From Clostridia bacterium (lineage in GTDB: Bacteria > CBDUZB01 > JAGLHV01): a stretch of 48,712 nucleotides of DNA. This document shows positions 7,656 through 16,365 of this stretch, piece by piece (positions within the stretch are counted from its first letter, which is position 1; each line of letters starts with the position of its first letter). Made by a program: the position numbers and the translations under genes. The stretch spans positions 1-48,712 of the forward strand of contig DAOVVV010000021.1 in the NCBI GenBank assembly GCA_030637025.1. Reading direction: 5' to 3'. The notes under the pieces were generated by a model that searched no databases, was not told the origin of the DNA, and saw only the letters and a list, made by a program, of their open reading frames with translations.

Positions 7656-9089
7656 TTAACCTTTCATACATAATTCAGGCTTTTTTTTCCAAACACCAAT
7701 CATAATAATTAAAACAATTATAATCTGGCTTAAATAAGACAACAAGTACCCACCCTTTACATAAAAAGTTTTTTCCTTCAACAAAGGAACTTCACAATCA
7801 ATCACTCCTTCTTTACCTGATTCAATTTGCTGCAAAACATCTCCCCGGGGACTTATAATCATAGAAATCCCCGGGGCAGCAGCTCTTACTAAAAAACGAC
7901 CGGTTTCCACCGCTCGAAACGGTATCATCATAGCATGCTGAATATGCTGGGCTTTACTCCAATTTGAGCCGTCTAAGGCCGGATTAATTAAAACTTGCGC
8001 ACCTTTTTTAGTTAAATTTCTGGCAACGTCTTCATAAGTAAAATCATAACATATTCCCAAACCCAATGTCCCTATTTCCGTTTTAAATACCGGATAGCCT
8101 GAGCCTGCCTGGCCGTCCTGAAAAAACTGTATCGGATGATGTTTTTGAAATTTTCCGATTATTTTTCCTGCAGGCGAAAAAATTAAAGCTATATTATTAA
8201 AAAAATTCTTTTTATCTTTGACTTTAAGAAATTCAATACATCCAAAAATAAGGTAGCATTCGGCATTTTCAATAAAATTTAATATTTTATTTTTTAGCTC
8301 ATGATTTTGCAGGGGTGAATCAATAATGGAGTATTCAGGAAACACAATTACAGATTTGTTTTTAATCGGGGACTTCAAGGCGAGATTCAAACATTTATCA
8401 AAATCATCTTCGACCTGCACCAGCCTAAAGAAAATTTTGTTATTATTTAAAACTATTACCTGCCTGTTTGAATATAAAGCAAAAGCGATAATAGTTGTTA
8501 AGATAAAAAATACTATTATCCTGTTTTTAAAATCTTTATATTTAAACAGTAACAATAAAAGAACACTTACAGATAGAATCACAGCCGAAACACCATAAAC
8601 CCCTATATATTTTGCCATCATCAAAAAATATTTATTACTATGTTGTGTATATCCTAATGATAGCCAGCCAAACTTAAGTTTCCACTGCTCACTTTTAAAA
8701 AACTCAACAGCCATCCAGATAACCGGTGAAACTATCAGTGCAAATCGATAATTATAATATTTTTGTATTAAACTAAATAATAAGGCAAAAATACCAATAA
8801 ACGCCGCTAAAATACAGTAAAGAGACAGGGAAAACAAATTAAATATACGAAACAGCCAAAATAAAGAAATAGTATAAGTGATGAAACCAAAAACAACCCC
8901 CAGGCGAAAAGAAACAAGGATAGATTTATCTTTTAAAACAATCAATAATGGAATTAAAGAAACAAAACCAAGCAGGAAATAACCGTATGGCGGCATAGAC
9001 AAAACAAAAAGGCCGCATCCAAGAAAAATAATGAGAAATTCTCTTAAAGTAATTCCCGGATTAAAAAAGTTTGCTATTAGTTTTTTCAT
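7656..9089 (-). CDS. lnt: Apolipoprotein N-acyltransferase-like protein (divergent second copy)
   Basis: N-terminal TM region, WLSLGYTQ, nitrilase triad FPEYS / KHHP / ICYD, RAVETGR. Confidence 0.75.
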   Translation of the reverse strand: MKKLIANFFNPGITLREFLIIFLGCGLFVLSMPPYGYFLLGFVSLIPLLIVLKDKSILVSFRLGVVFGFITYTISLFWLFRIFNLFSLSLYCILAAFIGIFALLFSLIQKYYNYRFALIVSPVIWMAVEFFKSEQWKLKFGWLSLGYTQHSNKYFLMMAKYIGVYGVSAVILSVSVLLLLLFKYKDFKNRIIVFFILTTIIAFALYSNRQVIVLNNNKIFFRLVQVEDDFDKCLNLALKSPIKNKSVIVFPEYSIIDSPLQNHELKNKILNFIENAECYLIFGCIEFLKVKDKKNFFNNIALIFSPAGKIIGKFQKHHPIQFFQDGQAGSGYPVFKTEIGTLGLGICYDFTYEDVARNLTKKGAQVLINPALDGSNWSKAQHIQHAMMIPFRAVETGRFLVRAAAPGISMIISPRGDVLQQIESGKEGVIDCEVPLLKEKTFYVKGGYLLSYLSQIIIVLIIMIGVWKKKPELCMKG

Positions 9090-9129
9090 TTAAATAAACC
9101 GGTAACACCACTAAAATTTTTGTCCAGAA

Positions 9130-9777
9130 TTAAGCATTGTTCCTTTTTATCTTCTGCTTTTTTGAACAAAGTCCGGTAAAAGTAAATAAAGCAAGAAACT
9201 CACCCGTAAAAAAAAGTTCCCAGCGATAACGAAAAGGTATTTGTTGAGCAATTACTCTAGGCCAATCCAGCATAAAAGAAACAAAAATAATTAAACCGGA
9301 GCAGAATATTAAAAACCAATCGGTTTTATTTAATTTAAGTATATATCCCTTACTATCTAAGTACACTATAATTAAGGCAAAGGTAATCATAGTTAAAGAA
9401 ACTATTACCGGAGCAAGTACAGGACCTACCCAGGGGCCGGGGATTAAAAAAAGAATATCTTTGGTAAATAATGAAGCAGGCCAATTTAAGGTTACTTTAA
9501 GCCAGACATAATAAAAAATATCCCAAATTCCAAAACTATAAAGAAAAAAAGCAATTCTCCGGTTAAAAGTTTTAGCAGCAAGAAGAGCTAAACTAACAAG
9601 CATAATGATTGTTGCTACTTCCCTGGCTATTTCGGTAAAAAGAAGATTTGTGGGAATATCTTTCAGGGGAAAACAAAAACCTTCAGGATAAATAATTTCC
9701 CGCAAATAAACAACCACCGCTGCTTCTGCAAATCCCATAGCGATGCCAAAAAATGTAAGGGGAATAAATTTTCGCAT
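9130..9777 (-). CDS. Conserved hypothetical membrane protein
   Basis: 215 aa, multiple hydrophobic segments; EAAVVVYLR, WDIFYYVWL, PWVGPVLAP. Confidence 0.7.
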   Translation of the reverse strand: MRKFIPLTFFGIAMGFAEAAVVVYLREIIYPEGFCFPLKDIPTNLLFTEIAREVATIIMLVSLALLAAKTFNRRIAFFLYSFGIWDIFYYVWLKVTLNWPASLFTKDILFLIPGPWVGPVLAPVIVSLTMITFALIIVYLDSKGYILKLNKTDWFLIFCSGLIIFVSFMLDWPRVIAQQIPFRYRWELFFTGEFLALFTFTGLCSKKQKIKRNNA

Positions 9778-9923
9778 AAATTAAAACCTCAATAATAAAG
9801 ATCCGCTCTTTTGTAAACGATATGAACCAATGTGAATCTAAATGCTAAAAAAATTATAAACACATAATCGGATTATCGCTCAGAGTAAACTCCGAGACAA
9901 AATAATTTCCACGATCCCCTTAA

Positions 9924-10346
9924 TCATTCACCGATAATTTTTACTAAAATACGCTTTCTTCTTTGCCCGTCAAACTCCCCGTAAAATATCCGTTCCCACG
10001 GCCCAAAATCAAATTTGCCGTCGGTTATAGCTACCACTACTTCCCTCCCCATAAAGGTTCTTTTTAGATGTGAATCAGCATTATCTTCCCCGGTTAAATT
10101 ATGCTGGTATCTATCCTTACCATAAGGAGCTAATCTTTCCAGTAACCCGAAAAAATCCCGGTGTAATCCTCTTTCATCATCATTAATAAAAACACTGGCC
10201 GTAATATGCATAGCATTAACCAGACAAAGCCCCTCTTTAACTTTGCTTTTTTTAAGAGCTGCTTCAATCTGGGGGGTGATATTAATAAATGCCTGTCTGG
10301 TACGGGTATTAAACCATAATTCTTCTTTGTAACTTTTCATCTGCAT
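9924..10346 (-). CDS. yjbQ: YjbQ/UPF0047 family protein
   Basis: [40 protein letters not shown]. Confidence 0.9.
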   Translation of the reverse strand: MQMKSYKEELWFNTRTRQAFINITPQIEAALKKSKVKEGLCLVNAMHITASVFINDDERGLHRDFFGLLERLAPYGKDRYQHNLTGEDNADSHLKRTFMGREVVVAITDGKFDFGPWERIFYGEFDGQRRKRILVKIIGE

Positions 10347-10450
10347 AGACTCCTTTTTCCTAGAAATTTACCAAAATTAAAACCTATAAAGAAAAAATAA
10401 AGGTAATATGCACTTAAAAAAACTTATTTTTGCACACCAAAAAGGTAAAA

Positions 10451-11461
10451 TTATATGTTGCTTGATTTTACTCTATACTTAGACAACCTTTCTTTGGTCA
10501 TTTTATCCTTAACTACAGCATCTTTTTCCTCACCGGGAAAAATGCTAAATTTAACTTTAAAATTATTTTCCTGTCCTTTACAATAATAAGCAATAATTTC
10601 CAGGGCAGTTCGGATATATTCATCTTCTAATTCTCCACGCCCTATAGCTATCGGTCCTTTTACTTCCGATTTTAAAATTAAATCCCCCTCACCGGCAAGG
10701 GCCATTAACTCTTCATTTTCCTGCTTATCCCTTCCCACCACTAATTTAAAAGAATTACTAACACTAAAATATCTTCCCTTTTTTATCAGGTGGATATTAT
10801 TCATATTAAACATATTAGACTTTATCAAGTCTTTTGTCTTTAAACTAAAATATGATTCGGTCAACAAACAACCCCCTGCAGGATTATCATAGTTTGTAAT
10901 CTTAAATCTTTTAGCTAAAGCAAACTGCCTTGTTCTGGAACGCCCACTAATATCGAAAAGTTTTTCTCTTTCTATCCATCCTTCTTTTTCCGGGATGCTG
11001 GGATCTAACAATTTTGCCGAAAGAGGTCGTACAATAAGACCCTCCAGGCCGCTTTCTTTTTCAATAATTTTTAAGGCATATCTCTTCTGGCTCATTGGCC
11101 TTTGCCCCAAAACCTCTCCGCTAACAATAAACCCGGCATCTAATTCTTTCATCAACTCTTTAGCTTTTTCCAACATCCAAATACGGCAAGCTATACAGGG
11201 ATTTAAATTTTTACCGTACCCATAACGAGGATTCTTTACTATTTGCAGATACTCCTTTTCAGCCTTATACAATTTTAATTTAATTTTTAATTCTTCTGCT
11301 CTTTGTATCGTTATATTTTTCTTTTTTTTATGCTTGTTTTCATGGCTAAAAGGCATAATAAAATTAATGGCAACAACCTCTACTCCTTGTTCTTGCATCA
11401 GTTTTACCGCTAAACTACTATCCAATCCTTCTGAAAACAACACCACTGCTTTTATGGTCAT
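10451..11461 (-). CDS. ThiI/MnmA-like PP-loop tRNA thiolation enzyme
   Basis: SEGLDS PP-loop variant, GYGKNLNPCIACR, GEVLGQRPMSQ, PAGGCLLT; likely start ATG 11461. Confidence 0.75.
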   Translation of the reverse strand: MTIKAVVLFSEGLDSSLAVKLMQEQGVEVVAINFIMPFSHENKHKKKKNITIQRAEELKIKLKLYKAEKEYLQIVKNPRYGYGKNLNPCIACRIWMLEKAKELMKELDAGFIVSGEVLGQRPMSQKRYALKIIEKESGLEGLIVRPLSAKLLDPSIPEKEGWIEREKLFDISGRSRTRQFALAKRFKITNYDNPAGGCLLTESYFSLKTKDLIKSNMFNMNNIHLIKKGRYFSVSNSFKLVVGRDKQENEELMALAGEGDLILKSEVKGPIAIGRGELEDEYIRTALEIIAYYCKGQENNFKVKFSIFPGEEKDAVVKDKMTKERLSKYRVKSSNI

Positions 11462-11463
11462 TA

Positions 11464-12225
11464 TTAATAACAATCCTTCATGCCCTTTTGTAATATTTTT
11501 TTTACCCATAAGTACATTACATAATAAAAAACACCCGGGAGGAACAAAAACAAAACCATCATTGAAACAAAATAAATTAAAATAATATCAACTAAATTAT
11601 TTAAAGAACCGGATACAACACCTAATATTGCTTTGGGTACATTTTTAACCTTCTTAAAAAACCCTTCTACCTCCAAAATTTTTTGAAAATTGCTTTTTAT
11701 ATTTTCTAACCTTTCTCCGATTTCATTTCCGGCAGAAGGAATAGTTTTATCATAAATAAATTTACTCGCATAAACATATAAAGACAAACCCGGATTAATT
11801 AATAATAAAATAAGTAACATTGAAAAGGCAATTTTTTTTACCGGCTTTACAAAAACAAATACAGCTGAAACAATTATCAATATTTTTACAATCAGAAATT
11901 TACTTATTTTAAGTAAAAAAATCTGTAAAACAATCAAACTGTTGGAAATTATAAAAAAATTAAAAGCCTTGTCTACAATATCACATAAACCTTTTAATAT
12001 TGCTCCGATATTCATTTCCACTCCTACTCCGATATCAACACTGGAAGCAACAGCTAAAATACCTTTCAGGACTCCTATCAGGGCCAGATTAGCAAAGCCG
12101 ATTTTAGAAACTTTCCCTAAAAAACTTAAGGCATAATTGCTCAATAAATCACTAAATACCAGACTAATTAATCCCATTAATAAAACAATAACCAAAACAT
12201 TTTTCTTTAAGTTTTCCTTTTCCAT
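11464..12225 (-). CDS. Hypothetical membrane protein
   Basis: 253-aa ORF with several TM segments, in operon orientation. Confidence 0.65.
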   Translation of the reverse strand: MEKENLKKNVLVIVLLMGLISLVFSDLLSNYALSFLGKVSKIGFANLALIGVLKGILAVASSVDIGVGVEMNIGAILKGLCDIVDKAFNFFIISNSLIVLQIFLLKISKFLIVKILIIVSAVFVFVKPVKKIAFSMLLILLLINPGLSLYVYASKFIYDKTIPSAGNEIGERLENIKSNFQKILEVEGFFKKVKNVPKAILGVVSGSLNNLVDIILIYFVSMMVLFLFLPGVFYYVMYLWVKKILQKGMKDCY

Positions 12226-12264
12226 TTAATTTACCCCGGTGTAAAATAAAATTATCATATTTAA

Positions 12265-12618
12265 TTAGTTTTGGATAATTTTATCTGATTCTTTTATCCA
12301 CTCTGCCAATTCTGTCATTTTTGCTTCCTGTGTACCTGCAAAATACGGCTCACCTTTATAAATACCGCAGCGGGCTTTACAAGTTCCGCATACCTTGACC
12401 GAAACACCTCTTGCAATCAAATCTTTTAACATTTTCCCTAAATCAAAATACCCTTCCGGGGGATTAGCTGCATCTCTGGCTAAATCGACAGCGTCATTCA
12501 TTAAGAATATTTTCACCTCTGCTTTTAAATCCAACAACTTCTCAATTAATCTTAAATTGTTCCAGGTCACATCTGTCCCGTCATAAGGATTACGGTTGAA
12601 TACAAAAAGAATTTTCAC
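12265..12618 (-). CDS. DsrE-family sulfur-relay-like protein
   Basis: NPYDGTD, IFLMNDAV, VCGTCKARCG; RBS AGGAGG. Confidence 0.85.
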   Translation of the reverse strand: MKILFVFNRNPYDGTDVTWNNLRLIEKLLDLKAEVKIFLMNDAVDLARDAANPPEGYFDLGKMLKDLIARGVSVKVCGTCKARCGIYKGEPYFAGTQEAKMTELAEWIKESDKIIQN

Positions 12619-12648
12619 TTTTATTCCTCCTTTTTAAAATCGGTACTG

Positions 12649-13560
12649 TCAAAAAAGAGTACCTACAAATAAAACAATCCCCAAAACCAAAATAAATAAT
12701 GAACCAAGTATTTGAGTACAGACTTGAAAAACATCTCTCACTTTACTTTTCCCGGAAATAAATTTTACTACCCCTTGTTTAGAAACAATCGTCAAAACCC
12801 CCACCAAAGAAATAGTAACCGCCATTCCCATAGCCATACTAAATATAGAAATCATCCCAACACTTAAAACATCCATAGAGATTGAAAACAACAAGATAAT
12901 AACCGCCCCCGGACAAGGAATTATCCCTACCGCAAAAACAAGGGGAATTATACTTTTATTATTACTTTTAATCCGGCAGGATATCTCTCTCTGCCCGTTT
13001 TTTATCCTGTATAACTCAATAATTGCCTTAATCAATAAAAACAATCCCAGCAAGGTAATCAAGGCATAGCTAATTATTTTAATTGCCCCACTTAAATTTT
13101 CAAATGAAGTTAAATAAGTTTTTTTCACTATTAAATACAATATTAGCACTATAATCAAAGACGACCCCGCATGAAAAAAGGCAATTAAATTTCCCACAAT
13201 AATCCCCTTTTTAACATTTGCCTCTCGGGATAAAAAATAAGAGAAGGCTATTATTTTCCCGTGTCCCGGTCCTAAAGCATGAATAAAACCATAAATAAAA
13301 GAAATGAAAATAACAACGAAAAGTGCCCGACCGGAACCGGTATTTTTTATTTCCCGGGTTAATTCAGTTAATTTAGCACTCAATTTTTGCTGCAGAGGGA
13401 CAATCTTAACCATAATCTTTTGTATAAAACCCGGATATCGAAGGATTTTTACTGCTTTTTTTTCCGGTTCTCTGGATAAAAACGGGTTATCCCCGGCAAA
13501 CAACAACGATTGAAAAATAAAACCAAAAATAAAAGTACTTAATATTAATTTTTTATTCAT
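12649..13560 (-). CDS. Nickel/cobalt transporter (NicO/RcnA-like)
   Basis: YGFIHALGPGHGK and GIIPCPGA motifs. Confidence 0.85.
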   Translation of the reverse strand: MNKKLILSTFIFGFIFQSLLFAGDNPFLSREPEKKAVKILRYPGFIQKIMVKIVPLQQKLSAKLTELTREIKNTGSGRALFVVIFISFIYGFIHALGPGHGKIIAFSYFLSREANVKKGIIVGNLIAFFHAGSSLIIVLILYLIVKKTYLTSFENLSGAIKIISYALITLLGLFLLIKAIIELYRIKNGQREISCRIKSNNKSIIPLVFAVGIIPCPGAVIILLFSISMDVLSVGMISIFSMAMGMAVTISLVGVLTIVSKQGVVKFISGKSKVRDVFQVCTQILGSLFILVLGIVLFVGTLF

Positions 13561-14185
13561 TTTTTTTCTTAAATTTTAAAATTATTTCCTGAGGAAAAAT
13601 CTGTCCAAAATAGTAAGGATTACCGGTGTTATCCTTCAACTGCCAAGTATAATCAACGTCCATTAAGCTCTTTCCTTCAAACCGGACACAATCTTTATCC
13701 AGTTTTAAAATATCCACATAATAAGAATCGTCGTATATAGCAATCCTTATTTCTTTACAGAAAATTTCTACGGGTACTTTACAGGGAATAAAAAAATCAT
13801 AAATAACACAATTGTTTTCCAAACAAACTGAAAAGTTTTCCGCCGTTTCTATTATAAAATCTTTTTCATCTATTTTTATTCTGGTAAAATAATTAAATTT
13901 TCTTAAATTGGAAAATGCCTCATTTTTAATTGTTTCTATTTCTGTTAAATCAAAAATACCGTCTTTATTTTGGTCATAGTCATGTGTTATCATACTACTA
14001 AACATTTCATCAAAAATCCATTTTATTTTTATTCCTGTTAATCCTTCTTGATTAAAAACAATAGTTACGTCATTATCAATAAAAACATGAGGGTGAGCAA
14101 TTAGATAATTAGTAATAAATAAACAATAAATTATAGTCACCCGGTAAAAATTATTTCTTATTTTCATTTTTTTATTTTTCAGCAT
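13553..14185 (-). CDS. DUF1007-family exported protein
   Basis: Signal peptide then AHPHVFI, WIFDEMFS, YDDSYYVD; overlaps the NicO-type gene. Confidence 0.85.
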   Translation of the reverse strand: MLKNKKMKIRNNFYRVTIIYCLFITNYLIAHPHVFIDNDVTIVFNQEGLTGIKIKWIFDEMFSSMITHDYDQNKDGIFDLTEIETIKNEAFSNLRKFNYFTRIKIDEKDFIIETAENFSVCLENNCVIYDFFIPCKVPVEIFCKEIRIAIYDDSYYVDILKLDKDCVRFEGKSLMDVDYTWQLKDNTGNPYYFGQIFPQEIILKFKKKNE

Positions 14186-14219
14186 AATTAACCAAATAGA
14201 CAGCGTATATTAATTAGAG

Positions 14220-14876
14220 TCAATTTTTTAGATTTGTATTTATTTGTTCCAATTCAATCAACTCAGCAACACTGGAAATAAGTTTAAACGGTTTTGCTTT
14301 TTTCAATTCGCTCTCTGAAGAAGACCCACTCATTACCGCTACAGTTCTCACCCCGGCATTTTTTCCGGCGTAAACATCTACCACCATGTCTCCCACATAA
14401 AATGCTTCATCGGGATTAATTTTTAATTCCTTCAAAATTCTCAATAATAAAACAGGCTCCGGTTTGAGTTCCTCTACCGCACCCGCACAAATAATCAAAT
14501 CGAAATACTTCTCTATCTCTAAATGATTTAATAAAATCAAACTGAATTTTTCCGGCCGGTTAGTAGCCACAGCCAGTTTACAATTATTTCTTTTAAGCAT
14601 GTTTAACATTTCCTTTGTTCGAGGCATAGTACGGGCATAAGCAGTTAGGGAAAACTTATGATGTTGACGATAAATATCCAGTGCTTTTTCTACATCTTCA
14701 TCTTTTACAAATGCTTTAATAAAATTCACATCTCCCCCTCCCACAGCCTTATGCACCAGGGAAGAACTAACCGGTTTATATTCCAGTCTTTTTAAAGTAT
14801 AATTCAGGCTTTCTTCTATTGCCTTATACGCATCAATTAAGGTTCCGTCCAAATCAAAAATAACCAGTTTTATCAT
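14220..14876 (-). CDS. HAD-family phosphatase (Gph-like)
   Basis: FDLDGTL, ATN, KPEP, VGDMVVDVYAGKNAG. Confidence 0.9.
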   Translation of the reverse strand: MIKLVIFDLDGTLIDAYKAIEESLNYTLKRLEYKPVSSSLVHKAVGGGDVNFIKAFVKDEDVEKALDIYRQHHKFSLTAYARTMPRTKEMLNMLKRNNCKLAVATNRPEKFSLILLNHLEIEKYFDLIICAGAVEELKPEPVLLLRILKELKINPDEAFYVGDMVVDVYAGKNAGVRTVAVMSGSSSESELKKAKPFKLISSVAELIELEQINTNLKN

Positions 14877-15034
14877 AATTTTCGTATCCTTTTAATCTTG
14901 TTTTTTACTTAATTAGTTATTGTAACATAAAATAATAAAAAATAAAAGGTAAGTGGTAAAATTACGTCTTTAGAGAAAAACATATTTTGCTTTTATTAAA
15001 CAATACTTTTAGAATCAATTACCCCTCATGCCTG

Positions 15035-15145
15035 CTGCGGGAATTAAACACTAGACCCTGAGACTCCCTACAAGAGAGTCTCAGGATCAATTCGACTACA
15101 GAGTTTTTTTTCAGCGTAGCTGACAAAAACTCTAAGTCTCATTGA
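15035..15145 (+). repeat. About 110-bp composite hairpin repeat, copy 1
   Basis: Shared with 28924-29030 (CTCAGGATCAATTCGACTACAGA...GCTGACAAAAACTCTAAGTCTCATTGA). Confidence 0.85.
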
Positions 15146-15147
15146 AC

Positions 15148-16365
15148 TTAAAAACTATATTTAAATTTTGCTTCAAAAAAATCATTATTTTTAAATTTGC
15201 TTAAGTTGTCTTCCCCCTCTCCTGTAAAAACGCCCACGGATAAATCGGCCCACAGATTTTCCCACCAAGTAATACTAAATGTTCCTTTTAAAAAACAGCT
15301 GTCATTTATTAAATTATACATAGAAAAAAGTTTTACTATTTTTTTTTCATAAGAAAATTTTCTTTCTATATTCGCCATCAGGGTTATTTCCTCTTTCCTT
15401 TCTCCTATCGACTCTTCAATTAATATTTTTTTATACAGCAAATTAAAATTCAGATAATTATCCCCCAATGTCCTATCCAGTCCCAGCCCTCCGGTAAAAG
15501 AATTTCCTTTATGGTAATTTAAGTAAACCTTATCCTGAAAACCAACCCCGGTAAATAAAACCCCTTCTCCTCTTATCCCCCACTTTCCCCAAACCAATTC
15601 AAAATCATACCCAAACATATCATTTCGGAAATAAACCGCGTTAATTTTATTTAAATCAATATCTAAACAATAAGAGGGAAAATCGCCAAACCCTCTAAAA
15701 TAATACAAAGACCAATCAATTTCCTTAAAAACACCGGAGAATCTACTGCCATATTCCATATTTTTTATGTTTTCCGAGGGTAAATATTTTTCCACCGGCA
15801 ATGGAAAGAAGACAGGATCAAACGGTGAATTTTTTTCCTTCACCTCATCATAAGTGCCCTTTTTAAAAAAAGGGACTAATATAAAATCAAGCCGACATTC
15901 TCTCCCCCAATGAGGAGAGAACATTAACAAAGGAACGGATAATTTTGCTTCTTTTCTTTCTCCTTCTAAAAAAAGCTTACTAACATCTAATGGATTTACC
16001 ATATCTACCGGGGATATATAATCCAATTTTCCCCAAAAAACTTTGGAATAACCTATTTTAACATCCATTGCCGGAAAATAAAAATTCAAACTAATATCAT
16101 TTAGCTTCGGGAAAACTTCATTGTTATCTTCTTTTTTATTTGAGAAAACCCCCTCTATGGAACAACTTTGGTAAGAAACAAACCATGGTTTAAAATCCAC
16201 TCTATTTTCTAATAAGAAACTGCTCCTTATTTCAAATAATTCCTCTCTATCCGGATAAAAAAGGCCTCTTGTTTGAAAATTTCCGTCAAAGGAAAAAGCA
16301 AAAGAATTAAAGAGTAATACAAACCACAAGAATAGTGTCGATAATTTAATTTCTTTTATCTTCAT
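15148..16365 (-). CDS. Putative outer-membrane beta-barrel protein
   Basis: Signal peptide, GYSKVFWGKLD..VDMVNP, amphipathic strands, terminal KFKYSF. Confidence 0.7.
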   Translation of the reverse strand: MKIKEIKLSTLFLWFVLLFNSFAFSFDGNFQTRGLFYPDREELFEIRSSFLLENRVDFKPWFVSYQSCSIEGVFSNKKEDNNEVFPKLNDISLNFYFPAMDVKIGYSKVFWGKLDYISPVDMVNPLDVSKLFLEGERKEAKLSVPLLMFSPHWGRECRLDFILVPFFKKGTYDEVKEKNSPFDPVFFPLPVEKYLPSENIKNMEYGSRFSGVFKEIDWSLYYFRGFGDFPSYCLDIDLNKINAVYFRNDMFGYDFELVWGKWGIRGEGVLFTGVGFQDKVYLNYHKGNSFTGGLGLDRTLGDNYLNFNLLYKKILIEESIGERKEEITLMANIERKFSYEKKIVKLFSMYNLINDSCFLKGTFSITWWENLWADLSVGVFTGEGEDNLSKFKNNDFFEAKFKYSF

